Source: a virus | Taxonomy: Duplodnaviria > Caudoviricetes | IMG/VR virus record: IMGVR_UViG_3300042549_001260 | Location: 1 to 57,515 of that record | Reading direction: 5' to 3' (one strand) | Length of the DNA: 57,515 nt | Shown: positions 9,557 to 18,877 of the stretch, one piece after another | Layout of the letters: every line of letters begins with the position of its first letter | Numbering within the stretch: the stretch's first letter is position 1 | Translations under genes and position numbers: made by a program | Notes under the pieces: model-generated | What the model was told of the DNA's origin: nothing | Databases searched by the model: none | What the model saw: only the letters and a program-made list of their open reading frames with translations

Positions 9557-9947
9557 CTTTCTCTAAAATCCAAGATTCTGGGATGAGTTTGTCTGCAAAG
9601 ATAAAGCTGTGCTTGTTACACCAGTCAGCATAAGAGGTAGATGACCCCTTGTTAATCTTGGCGGAACTGTTGGAGAACACAAACCTAATATCTAACTCTG
9701 GCCTCTGGGATTGCAAGAGTAGATGCTTCTTTCTGTCTGCAAGTACGAACCTCCCCTTGGTTTCAACGATGATACCATTGGGAAGCTTGAAATCAGGTGA
9801 GTACTTGTGGGAGCTTTCAGGGATGACATAGGGGATTTTGTAGGTTTCATACTCTACTTTGATCCCCAGTGCCTCCAGTTGTTGTGCAACTCTGCCCTCC
9901 AAGCCTGACCTGTAACCCCTAGCCTCTGGGGATACCTTCTTTCTCAC
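9498..9947 (-). CDS. T7 gp3-like endonuclease I (Holliday junction resolvase)
   Basis: YRSGLE, YSPDF.LPNG..VETKGRF...DRKKH, YADWC. Confidence 0.95.
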   Translation of the reverse strand: MRKKVSPEARGYRSGLEGRVAQQLEALGIKVEYETYKIPYVIPESSHKYSPDFKLPNGIIVETKGRFVLADRKKHLLLQSQRPELDIRFVFSNSSAKINKGSSTSYADWCNKHSFIFADKLIPESWILEKGDKNAKLVTKEVLKKRGRT

Positions 9948-10798
9948 TCAATCAACTCCATAACACGAGGTTCATTGACAACATCAACCATGAATACTGG
10001 TCCGGTAGAATATAGAAAAGTTCTGGCTTCTGGCCAACATACCTTACTAAAGTCGCAGTATCCACAAGTAGTAGAAAGTACCGTATTCTCAGAAGTCTTA
10101 GACTGAGGGACAGGTGGAATACGATCCTCTGGGATTGACCCAGCAACCAGCTTCTTGACTCTCTCAATCTCTTCTTCCTTCTTGGCAATCTCTTCTGTGA
10201 AGTCATAGCGATCCAAGCAGAGTTTGAACCTGTCCTTCTGAACGACAAGGAAAGCACCCTCGGTCTTGTTCTTCACCAGAGGGTCATCCTTTCCTGCAAA
10301 GACATACGAACTCAACTGGCTGATGTACCCGAAGGGATCGTCTTCTCGCAGGTTGTGTTTACGGAACTTCTCAAACCCATACTTGGATGTAGACTTAACA
10401 TCGACTGTCACCCCATCAATCACAGCGTCACGAGAGCCGGAGATACCGAAGACACTAACTCTGTCCTGCATACCCTCGACACTGTGCCCTGCTGCCTTTG
10501 TCAGTGACAGCACGAGGGCTTCGAGTAAGTCTCCGTAGAAGAAGGTTCCAAGAGCCTCGGCAGTGAGTGGCTCTGAGGATTCGGTTTGGTTGATCTTGTA
10601 CCACAGTCTACGGTCACAGGGTGAGCCTATGCCAGAGAGACTGAGGTAATCTCGGGGGATTTGCTCCTGAGAAAACCTAGCCTCTGCGATACTAGAAAGG
10701 GAGGACGAGAAGAACTCTGTGACAGTTGCATCCCACCCTCCCTTCCCTTCGACAACCCTGTAGATGTCCTCTACGATGGTGTCTAATTTTTTACTCAA
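9944..10798 (-). CDS. PD-(D/E)XK Cas4-like exonuclease
   Basis: C.R.LWY, D...DG..VDVKS, YISQLSSY, C-terminal CxxC...C. Confidence 0.8.
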   Translation of the reverse strand: MSKKLDTIVEDIYRVVEGKGGWDATVTEFFSSSLSSIAEARFSQEQIPRDYLSLSGIGSPCDRRLWYKINQTESSEPLTAEALGTFFYGDLLEALVLSLTKAAGHSVEGMQDRVSVFGISGSRDAVIDGVTVDVKSTSKYGFEKFRKHNLREDDPFGYISQLSSYVFAGKDDPLVKNKTEGAFLVVQKDRFKLCLDRYDFTEEIAKKEEEIERVKKLVAGSIPEDRIPPVPQSKTSENTVLSTTCGYCDFSKVCWPEARTFLYSTGPVFMVDVVNEPRVMELIE

Positions 10799-11322
10799 AA
10801 CGGAATCTCATCCTCAAGTTCCATCTTGACGGCGGGCATACCGGCCTTGACTGCAGGCTTCACCTCTTCTTCCACCTCGTCGTCACCATCAGGGTTGTAG
10901 GCTTTGTGTTCCAGAACCTTAACCTTGTCGAGACGAGTACCTACGATAGTCTTGCGTGAAGTGTCGTAGACAGAGAGAGTAACTTCAACGGTTGAACCAT
11001 TGCCAATCGGACCATCCTCATCATAGTCCCACTTGGTACCATCATCCTTGACCACAGTAGGCTCACCCCCACCATATTCTTCGGTCCACTTGCGAGTGAA
11101 GCGCACTCGGGTCATACCATCGTTTTCTTTGCTAGGCGTACCACGCTTCATGGACTTAGACCGGATGAGCTTATCCATCTGCTCAGCGTCGAGGTCCATG
11201 TCAATGCAGGTCTGACCACCAATCTCAACCAGTGCGTTCTCGAAGCCAGTCTTATCGCGGTTATCTTCAAACACCTTGGCCCAGTATGCGTAGCCAGTCA
11301 GTTTTACTCTACGAGTTCCCAT
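10795..11322 (-). CDS. Single-stranded DNA-binding protein (gp2.5-like)
   Basis: WAKVFE, IGNGS.V.V, acidic tail ending DEIPF; next to the polymerase. Confidence 0.8.
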   Translation of the reverse strand: MGTRRVKLTGYAYWAKVFEDNRDKTGFENALVEIGGQTCIDMDLDAEQMDKLIRSKSMKRGTPSKENDGMTRVRFTRKWTEEYGGGEPTVVKDDGTKWDYDEDGPIGNGSTVEVTLSVYDTSRKTIVGTRLDKVKVLEHKAYNPDGDDEVEEEVKPAVKAGMPAVKMELEDEIPF

Positions 11323-11334
11323 ATGTTTAGCTCC

Positions 11335-11562
11335 TTATTGCTTTGTTACTGCTTTGACTGCCCACATGGCAGCATCTTCGATGTGAGTCATAGCCAAAGC
11401 CTTGAGTCTTTTCTTCTCGTTACCCCAGATTGGATTCGTTGAACTGTCTTCAATGCTATCCACTGCGTCGATCAGTGCTGCGGCCATATTCTTAATCTTA
11501 GTAACTTCATCGTTAGCAGAGGGGTTGAAGTTGATACCAACCCTGTATTCACCTAGAGTCAT
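11335..11562 (-). CDS. Acb2/Tad1-like helical hairpin protein (candidate nucleotide-signal sponge)
   Basis: FNPS...IK...A.LID...R.KALA.T.IEDAAMWAVKA pattern, recognised by eye. Confidence 0.55.
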   Translation of the reverse strand: MTLGEYRVGINFNPSANDEVTKIKNMAAALIDAVDSIEDSSTNPIWGNEKKRLKALAMTHIEDAAMWAVKAVTKQ

Positions 11563-11766
11563 GTTTAGCTCCTTTGTTATTCGTGTATAGTAACAGATTC
11601 TTCAAAGTGGTGGCAAGAACTATTTCTCACTGGCCAACTTATATTTGCGTTGTTTGCTGTTGTCCCTCTCGTACTCCTTGCCACCCTTGGCCAGACGAAC
11701 TGGGATGCTGTATGGTTTCGTGAGTTGCTTGAGACCCTTGGGTTTCTTTTCCATCTGTCTTACTCC

Positions 11767-13641
11767 TTAGTGAATTAGTGAGTAGTTGATACCAAACTGA
11801 ACGTCAATGTCCAGCTTGATGTTGAGTTTCAGCTTCTCGTTGACCTTGTTGATTGCCCAACGAAGAACCGATTCGTGTTCCTTCTCTTCACCCTTCTTGA
11901 CCCTGTTGATGGATTCGTCGTGGAACTGTCCAACAATGTTTGGTCGTTTGGTCAGGTAGTGTGCAACCCACTGATCGAAGCAGTATGCACCTGTGCCTTG
12001 GTTGAGGGTTGAGAAGATGTCTTTCTCGTAGCGCAGGGTGTACCAGAAACCATTCACAGGGTTCTTGACCCACATCTGCCCGTTTACAGTCTTGACCTGC
12101 TGTTCCTTAGCGAACTGTCTCACAGCCCAATTACGTTCCCAGTATGCTTCCAGAAGAACTTTGGCTTCTGCAGGGGACATACCAGTGGTACGAGACAGCT
12201 TAGGAACACCAACACCATAGACTGCAGAATAGTTGACGGGCTTGAACTTCTTGCGGGTCTTCTTGATCTTCTTGAAGCGATCCTTGTCGTTGACCGTATC
12301 TTCATCTGCCCGTGTGTAGAAGTCATAGTCGTCACTGTTGATGTAGCCTGCACGAACAGCAAGGTCCAAGTGTTCATCGAAGCCGGGGACAGACATTTCT
12401 GTAACATACTCTGGGTCGTAAGGAAAGATGAAGTGACGCTTGGTGGTAGCCTCAAGAGACACCATGTCAGCACCGCATAGTACCGTACCCTCATCAGCAA
12501 TCAGAGAACCCCTGATTTCTTTACCCCAAGGCTTATCAACACCGGGGAGATTGACCAGAGGCTTCTTGTGCTTGAAGCGCAGTGTGTTGGTCAGGCCAGC
12601 AATCTCAGCCTTCACATAGCCACCCACCTCAGACTCAAGCATACCCTCGAAGATGGACTTGCGGTGTTGGATCACAGTCAACCCATCAAGCAATCCCACT
12701 CCGGGGTTCTTCTCAATCAAGAGTTTGACTGAGGGTGCAAGCTCTCCATCCTTACGGACCTGAGGGATCATACGCTCGGTGCCATCCTCGTTCTTCTTGT
12801 AGTCATGAGTGCAGGGTTTCCAGCCCATAGAGTATAGCCAATCCTTGACCTGATCGGATGAGTTGGGGTTGGGAGGTTCAACACTCTTAACGACACGCAC
12901 AGGGTCTTCGTGGAAGAGGGGCAAGTCATGTTCTTCCAGAAGATTGAACCAGTCAATAGCAGCCTTGCTGTGTGTGCCATCTTTTTTGGTCATCTTCTCT
13001 GGTTTGGTCTTCTCGGTATACTTAGTCACAGGGGGCATGACCTGACGCAGTTCCTCAACCTTCTCTCCCTGAGCCTTCTCCAAGGTTGCCAGAGATTGCT
13101 CTACAAGCTCCTTGTTGATGCGCCAGCCAGCCTGTTCAGCCATAGCAGCAGACTTCATCTTGAAGGTCAGGTACTGGAAGAACTTGTCCATAGACTGTTT
13201 GTCGTCCTTGTAGACCATCTTGAACCGCTTGATGAGGTCTTTCCAGAGGAGCCAGTTGATCTTCACATCCTCTTGGCAACGGTGTTTGTACTGCTCGTAG
13301 GTCAGACCTTCCCAGTCAGTAATCTCAGGCTTAGGCACCCCGAAGTCTTCCCCGAAGGACTCAAGCCCGTGGAGTTGACGGTGGGGATACATAACCCAAG
13401 ACATAGGCAGCGTGTCGTACAGCTTGGCCTTGATACTGATGCCAAGGATTTTTTCCAAGACAAGAATATCAAATCTGCAGATATTGTGACCAATCAGGAT
13501 CGTCTCCTCCTCAAGAAGGTCACGCATGTCTTTGTAGGAACAGGTAGAGTTGAAGACCTTACCGTCACGTGTCCAAGACAGAACGTGGACTTTAGTAGCC
13601 TTGTCAAGGAACCCATCAGTCTCCACGTCAAACACGATCAT
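11767..13641 (-). CDS. polA: Family A DNA polymerase with 3'-5' exonuclease
   Basis: Exo motifs FDVETDG, HNICRFD, CQED; motif A GADMVSLE, motif B RKKFKPVNYSAVYG (Tyr at the 762-equivalent), motif C QFHDE. Confidence 0.95.
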   Translation of the reverse strand: MIVFDVETDGFLDKATKVHVLSWTRDGKVFNSTCSYKDMRDLLEEETILIGHNICRFDILVLEKILGISIKAKLYDTLPMSWVMYPHRQLHGLESFGEDFGVPKPEITDWEGLTYEQYKHRCQEDVKINWLLWKDLIKRFKMVYKDDKQSMDKFFQYLTFKMKSAAMAEQAGWRINKELVEQSLATLEKAQGEKVEELRQVMPPVTKYTEKTKPEKMTKKDGTHSKAAIDWFNLLEEHDLPLFHEDPVRVVKSVEPPNPNSSDQVKDWLYSMGWKPCTHDYKKNEDGTERMIPQVRKDGELAPSVKLLIEKNPGVGLLDGLTVIQHRKSIFEGMLESEVGGYVKAEIAGLTNTLRFKHKKPLVNLPGVDKPWGKEIRGSLIADEGTVLCGADMVSLEATTKRHFIFPYDPEYVTEMSVPGFDEHLDLAVRAGYINSDDYDFYTRADEDTVNDKDRFKKIKKTRKKFKPVNYSAVYGVGVPKLSRTTGMSPAEAKVLLEAYWERNWAVRQFAKEQQVKTVNGQMWVKNPVNGFWYTLRYEKDIFSTLNQGTGAYCFDQWVAHYLTKRPNIVGQFHDESINRVKKGEEKEHESVLRWAINKVNEKLKLNIKLDIDVQFGINYSLIH

Positions 13642-15212
13642 TAGAAGCCCTCTCGAAGAAGTGTGGTATCCGAGTCCCAGAAGAGGGAACCTGCTGCGCC
13701 AAGTTTAGCAAACGGCCTGTTCTTGTCAACGTGGAAGTAGGTAGTGTTCTGCTCCACTTCATCCTCATTCTCTACGTCACGCTCAATCTTTATGCAGATG
13801 ATAGCCTCTTCTTCCAAGGCTGCAGCATACTTGGTCCGACCATCCTCGTTCACCTGTGAGATAAAGATCACACCAATGTTCAGTTCCTTGGCAAGCTGTG
13901 CCATCTGAGAACCAAGAGCGGTCAGCAGGGAAGTTGCACCATCAACACCAGCACTAGACAAGTATGCCAGACGCTGAACGTGGTCGATGAAGACGAAGCC
14001 TGCACCATAGACTGAGGCAGCAAGACGCACATACTCCAACAGCTTCATAGGATCATCATGGAGACGCATTTCGAAGATGATGGTACGCTCCCCCTTGGTG
14101 GCCTTGATTGCAGCCTCAATGACCTCCTTCTCGTCCACAGCGTTAATCTTGGCATCGTCCTTAGTACGAACATTAACACCCAACTCGTAGGTGGCCATGG
14201 CACGGTAAGTAGTGGACTTCATCTCTTCCATGTGCAGCAGTGCAATGCGTTCATCAGGGTCACGCAGCATGGCAGTCTCGAAGTATCGGATCACTTCTGT
14301 CTTACCAGTACCACGAGGGGCTTTAATGAATGTAATACCGCCCTTGATTAGACCTCTGCACTTCTCGTCGATCCCAGTGTGTCCTGTGGGAACATACTCG
14401 TAGGGGTTCTCGGTGAGGATTGCCCTTTCCACATCCAACGACGAGCAGAAGAAGTTGTCTGGGGTGTAGCGTTGGGGTTTGATTGCAGCCCACTTGAGTG
14501 CGTCACCAGCACCAGCCATCAGGAACTCATTGGCGTCCTTGTGCTGAGACATAGGTACATACCAGAACTTCTGGGGGAAGGCACCATACAGAACCTCTGC
14601 GGCTCTCTTGCCTGCATCATCCAACTCACCAGCGTAGATAACCTCTTGGAAAGTAGAGAGGTACTTATAGTTCTTCTTGACGAACTTTTCACCTATGCTG
14701 GCACTAGGGAGCGACACCACTGGGTATGTCTTGCCAAGGATTTGGTAGAGGGATGCTGCATCAAACTCACCCTCGGTGATAAAGATTTTCTTGGAAGTAC
14801 CAGCATTGAACTCAGGTCCAAACAAGTCCTCGAAAGGTTTGCCCTTCTCCTTGGTCCAGAACACTTTCTCGTCGTAACCACGATACTTCACATTGTCTGT
14901 GTGCTTGAAGGCATAACGCACAGGCTTGTCATTGTCGTCAAGGTGAAGCTGAATACCGTACAGCTTGCACACATCAGGGTCCAGCCCACGGATATTGTCG
15001 TAGCTAACCTTGGAGACTGGCAGGCTTCTCACATCGACTTGTTGCTTCACAGGGTAGGTCTCCTTTGCCCAATCTTTCAGTCCCTTCATACCCTTAGAGG
15101 GGTAACTCTGTCCACAAGATTTACACTGTCCATACCCGTTGTCGTTCCAAGAAAATGCGTTAGAGCTTTTGCAATTCTCAAAGGGGCAGGGTTTATGTGG
15201 GTGCTCCGTCAT
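13641..15212 (-). CDS. T7 gp4-like primase-helicase
   Basis: N-terminal Zn ribbon (CP...C...CxxC), TOPRIM EGEFDA, Walker A APRGTGKT, FIDH, ISQ, KNR. Confidence 0.93.
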   Translation of the reverse strand: MTEHPHKPCPFENCKSSNAFSWNDNGYGQCKSCGQSYPSKGMKGLKDWAKETYPVKQQVDVRSLPVSKVSYDNIRGLDPDVCKLYGIQLHLDDNDKPVRYAFKHTDNVKYRGYDEKVFWTKEKGKPFEDLFGPEFNAGTSKKIFITEGEFDAASLYQILGKTYPVVSLPSASIGEKFVKKNYKYLSTFQEVIYAGELDDAGKRAAEVLYGAFPQKFWYVPMSQHKDANEFLMAGAGDALKWAAIKPQRYTPDNFFCSSLDVERAILTENPYEYVPTGHTGIDEKCRGLIKGGITFIKAPRGTGKTEVIRYFETAMLRDPDERIALLHMEEMKSTTYRAMATYELGVNVRTKDDAKINAVDEKEVIEAAIKATKGERTIIFEMRLHDDPMKLLEYVRLAASVYGAGFVFIDHVQRLAYLSSAGVDGATSLLTALGSQMAQLAKELNIGVIFISQVNEDGRTKYAAALEEEAIICIKIERDVENEDEVEQNTTYFHVDKNRPFAKLGAAGSLFWDSDTTLLREGF

Positions 15213-15426
15213 TGTTGTCTTCCTCTTTCTTTTCTAAGGTTGCAATGTTATCTAAAGCATCTTGGATGTCAACCCCGTAGGCTGCACAACGGATAATAAG
15301 TTCTAAACCATGCTGAGCTATAGCTTGTGTAGCTTTGTGGTTCATCTCGAATGTGTAAGTGGCTCCACCATCTTCATGCTCTGCTACTTTGTCTACGATG
15401 ATGTGGAAGGGTACATCTTCAAGCAT
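15193..15426 (-). CDS. Hypothetical protein
   Basis: ORF with RBS; EHEDGGAT motif. Confidence 0.65.
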   Translation of the reverse strand: MLEDVPFHIIVDKVAEHEDGGATYTFEMNHKATQAIAQHGLELIIRCAAYGVDIQDALDNIATLEKKEEDNNDGAPT

Positions 15427-16068
15427 TTGATTTTCTCCTTTAAGGGCTTATGACTGCGATTAAAAACACCCAACCTACTACTACGGCACAGGTAGCGACT
15501 ACATTATTCAACATTCGTCTTCCTCATTCATCTTTTTGGCCAAGGATTTAGCTTCATCCTCTGTCAGATCAAAGGTTACAGCACATCCCCACCAACCCAT
15601 ATCCTCGTCAATGATGCACCATTCCCAAGGTCTCTCCCCAAAATCCCCTCCCCTGTGCTCTGCCGTGAACCTAGCCATCGTCATGCTCCACCAATTTATC
15701 TACGATGATGCGGAAGGGGTCATTGGGGTTCCCCATGTCACACCTCCATTTTGAAATAGCACGTGTACAAGACACTGCCATTGTGCTTCTCTCGAAGGAT
15801 AGTCACAAGTTCCCAACCTGCCTTACCCATCTTATCTAGTAATGGGTGACTCGGCATACTCCATGTATCCTCTACATGGTAGTAGAACTTCTTATTACTC
15901 ATTTGTCTTCCTCCTTGTGTATGTAGTAATTACACTCGTCCCCGCTTGGTGTAGGGTGAAAGATTGTCTGGTAAGTTGGATGCCCCGGTGTCTTACGCAT
16001 ACACGTTTCCTCTAGGGGGCAACCCTGTGTATAGCATCTTGAGTAGTCGTATGGTAGAACTTTCCACC

Positions 16069-16338
16069 TCATGTCTTATTTCTCCAAAACTTTACAAGTG
16101 TTTTCAGTTTCTCTTTCTCAGGGTGATGATGAACCCACGACCCAGTGTTGGGGTCAAACTCTTCACGGAAGAACTTATCCATCGTGTCGTTACCTGTAAG
16201 TATCTCAGGGTCAATTGCCAAAGACAACCTATCAAACTCTTCGTCGGATATGATAGGGTCATCTTCAAACTCGTAGGCGTAGGCAGCTACAGCAACCTTA
16301 ATACGAAGTCTTGTCTGTTCCCACACCACGTCAGTCAC
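16069..16338 (-). CDS. Stand-alone NAD-dependent DNA ligase subdomain Ia-like protein
   Basis: AYAYEFEDDPIISDEEFDRL matches the LigA Ia motif YY..D.P.ISD.EYD.L; no other ligase domains. Confidence 0.7.
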   Translation of the reverse strand: MTDVVWEQTRLRIKVAVAAYAYEFEDDPIISDEEFDRLSLAIDPEILTGNDTMDKFFREEFDPNTGSWVHHHPEKEKLKTLVKFWRNKT

Positions 16339-16622
16339 CCCTTCTCTCCTAACAGTTCTGCGAGGGTTTCAGCATCAAAGTCATTCATAGCCCAAGTATC
16401 ACAATGTTTACGCAATAGTTGTATAGCCATTGCCAGATTTACCTCATAACGACCCCACTGTTCCTCTGCGTGTCCTGCACGTCTCCATGCTTCGTCCCGC
16501 TCGGCGGTCAGGGCTTCGATATGTTCTTTTGCCAACGTCACGGTGTTAGCTTTTACATAGTACCCGTCTTCTTCAAGCATAGCCCAAAGGTTATCTAGTC
16601 GCTTCACCAGATCGTAAGTCAT
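16335..16622 (-). CDS. Hypothetical coiled-coil protein (DLVKRL family)
   Basis: N-terminus resembles the 23592-24218 protein. Confidence 0.65.
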   Translation of the reverse strand: MTYDLVKRLDNLWAMLEEDGYYVKANTVTLAKEHIEALTAERDEAWRRAGHAEEQWGRYEVNLAMAIQLLRKHCDTWAMNDFDAETLAELLGEKG

Positions 16623-16775
16623 ATCCCTTTTCCTTTCCCGACAAAGTATGCAGCATAGAGCCAGTCAAGTAGCATCTTGGTATGTACACCCCTGAGGGCC
16701 AACCTCTCAAACCTGTCGTTGAAATCCCCTGTACCTTCTACCCAAGCGATAAACTCAGGGGATAGTCCCTCAAGA

Positions 16776-16835
16776 TCAGTTCTGTTTAGCATCTACCAAA
16801 GCCTTCCATGATACAGGGAATAAGTCTTTGTTCAT
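16776..16835 (-). pseudogene. Relic of a second thyX 3' end
   Basis: Translates MNKDLFPVSWKALVDAKQN versus the ThyX C-terminus MEDLFPVSWTALME. Confidence 0.6.
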
Positions 16836-16860
16836 TTGTCGTTATCCTCCATGTAAGACA

Positions 16861-17064
16861 TTAGATTAACTTATCCTCATCGTCAAGTTTAGCTAGGGCA
16901 ATGAGAAACTTCTCTTGAAGTAAACACTGTTGAACACCCCTAGTAACTTCCTTCCAAGAGATATGACCCAATTCCTGCATTGCAAGACCGTTGTCTAGTT
17001 CTTCAACTAACCAGATGCCAAGCTCGTCAGTCTGTAGAGTAATGTTACCCACGCTTACCTCCAT
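16861..17064 (-). CDS. Hypothetical protein
   Basis: ORF tiles the operon. Confidence 0.55.
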   Translation of the reverse strand: MEVSVGNITLQTDELGIWLVEELDNGLAMQELGHISWKEVTRGVQQCLLQEKFLIALAKLDDEDKLI

Positions 17065-17293
17065 TCTTTGTCAACGTCCAGCTTCTAAAGTCTTGAGGGG
17101 GCATGTAGTCCGATAGGAGACGTTCTATAGCCCAGATCAAGTCCTCGTCGTTTTCATCGCAAATCTCGTAGTAACGCATCAAGGATACGACAACAACCTC
17201 ATCCTCATATTCGTCCTGTAGGTTCTTTAGCATAGTGGAAAAGCGAGAGGTGATCTTACCTGCTGCATCACGGGTCTGTTTGTAGTCACTCAT
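17045..17293 (-). CDS. Hypothetical protein (start MSDYK)
   Basis: ATGA overlap with the thyX stop. Confidence 0.6.
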   Translation of the reverse strand: MSDYKQTRDAAGKITSRFSTMLKNLQDEYEDEVVVVSLMRYYEICDENDEDLIWAIERLLSDYMPPQDFRSWTLTKNGGKRG

Positions 17294-17973
17294 CCCTTCT
17301 CTCCTTCCATCAGTGCAGTCCACGACACAGGGAATAGGTCTTCCATTATCGCACTGATCTGATCCGCAACTAGACGTGTCTCGTATTGGGTATCATCCTT
17401 GCAGCGTAGACGACACATGTCCGCAAAAGCATCAAGGCTCCCCGACCAGTACCACTCAGTCATTGTCGATTGAGGGAGAACCATACGGGCTTGCTCAGGG
17501 GCTACACCAAAATCAAGCATATCTTTATACTGGAACATGCAGGTGTCTAGGTAATCCGTCAGAACCCCGTAGTCTGCTTCGCCATCACTCCCCTGCTTCT
17601 TGTCCTTGCTGCGCCCACGCCACACCTCAGGGACATAGAACTCAGGTTCATCATCCACGTAACGACGAGAGATTTCATTCCAACGAAGGAACTTATGCTT
17701 CACAAGCTGCCGTGCTACGAAGATGGGTGCCTTGACGTGGAAGGATGCGAAGGCATGACCGAAGGGGGACATGTGCTTGTGCTTGGCAAGGTAGTGGATC
17801 AGCTTGGCGTCTTTGTCTTTAAGATAAATTCCCCCCTCCCACTTTACTGTATCACTGGCTTCCCAATTATATGGCTTTTCTTCCCACTCACTCTTCTTAC
17901 CAAAACTAACCCGTGCTGCATTAACGATAGACAAATCTGTACCCATGTGGTCGATGTAGGTAGCCTTAATCAT
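17290..17973 (-). CDS. thyX: Flavin-dependent thymidylate synthase
   Basis: NAARVSF, HMSPF, PIFVARQLVKH....NEISRRY, EQARMVLP, TQYETR. Confidence 0.95.
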   Translation of the reverse strand: MIKATYIDHMGTDLSIVNAARVSFGKKSEWEEKPYNWEASDTVKWEGGIYLKDKDAKLIHYLAKHKHMSPFGHAFASFHVKAPIFVARQLVKHKFLRWNEISRRYVDDEPEFYVPEVWRGRSKDKKQGSDGEADYGVLTDYLDTCMFQYKDMLDFGVAPEQARMVLPQSTMTEWYWSGSLDAFADMCRLRCKDDTQYETRLVADQISAIMEDLFPVSWTALMEGEKG

Positions 17974-17974
17974 C

Positions 17975-18382
17975 TTACTCTCCTGTGCTCAGTAGTTCAC
18001 CAACGTCACCACGGAAGTCTACATCAGGTAGGATCGACTGGGGCTTGAATACAACACGATAGTGATACACACTCACATCAGCAGTCTCAAGCTGTTCAAC
18101 GAAGTACGTCACGTTGTCAGAGATACCAAGGAAGTGCTTCTTGTACTGGTTAGGGCCAACCTTACAGGTGACTTCGAGTTGCACATCAGCACCATCCTTT
18201 TCGATAGAACAGCGCCCCTCAATGGTCAGCATGTAGGTGTCTGTGATGCCGTTGTAGAAGACCACACGACGATCAATCTCGAACATGTCAGCGGCCTTGG
18301 ACAAGTTTTGAGAGGCGATCTGTGCATCAGGTACGCAGGCTATCAGTGCGATTACAGGTACAGCAAGGAGAAGTTTTTTCAT
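17975..18382 (-). CDS. Phage lipoprotein
   Basis: Signal peptide with lipobox LIAC, then a conserved-looking beta domain (RRVVFYNGIT). Confidence 0.8.
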   Translation of the reverse strand: MKKLLLAVPVIALIACVPDAQIASQNLSKAADMFEIDRRVVFYNGITDTYMLTIEGRCSIEKDGADVQLEVTCKVGPNQYKKHFLGISDNVTYFVEQLETADVSVYHYRVVFKPQSILPDVDFRGDVGELLSTGE

Positions 18383-18675
18383 CAGTAAAGCTCCTCAATC
18401 TTGAGTGAGTATTCATTAGCACGAACCTGTTCTTCGGTGTAGTCGTTCACAGAGAAGTACCGAAGAACCTTGATGCAAGAGTGAACATACTGCAAGCAAT
18501 CAGCGTAGTCCTGCCAGTGGTGAGCCTCAAGGTACTTTCTTTGAGACAGCTTCTCCAACTCCTCGAAGTTGGTCTCCAAGGAACTCTCCAGCACTGCCAA
18601 GACAATCTCGTCCATAGCGCCATTGTTGATGAGCTTCTCTACGATAGAAGCCACTGCGTCTTTCTCTCTGGTCAT
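18382..18675 (-). CDS. Hypothetical protein
   Basis: ORF with GGAG RBS. Confidence 0.65.
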   Translation of the reverse strand: MTREKDAVASIVEKLINNGAMDEIVLAVLESSLETNFEELEKLSQRKYLEAHHWQDYADCLQYVHSCIKVLRYFSVNDYTEEQVRANEYSLKIEELY

Positions 18676-18685
18676 GTCTATCTCC

Positions 18686-18877
18686 TCAGAAGTTTGGGTA
18701 GAAGTTGCTGCCTGTGTGGCTGTGATACTCAGATACCGTCTTGTATTCTTGCTTCAGATGTTCGCAGGGTTTCCCATCCCACTCAGCCTGTTCCACCTGT
18801 TGCCCCAGTTTCTTTAGTAGGGTGTGGATGCTGACGAGGGATGAGTCCTTGTTGCGGTCATACTTGTTATGCTCCAT
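18686..18877 (-). CDS. Hypothetical protein (start MEHNK)
   Basis: Overlaps the recombinase 3' end. Confidence 0.55.
   Translation of the reverse strand: MEHNKYDRNKDSSLVSIHTLLKKLGQQVEQAEWDGKPCEHLKQEYKTVSEYHSHTGSNFYPNF

Noticed and set aside
11767-13641. DnaJ-like zinc-finger insertion typical of HMO-2011-type polymerases; inteins or introns in pol, nrdJ or terL
   Set aside because: No CxxCxGxG repeats; lengths are normal and no splice motifs were seen
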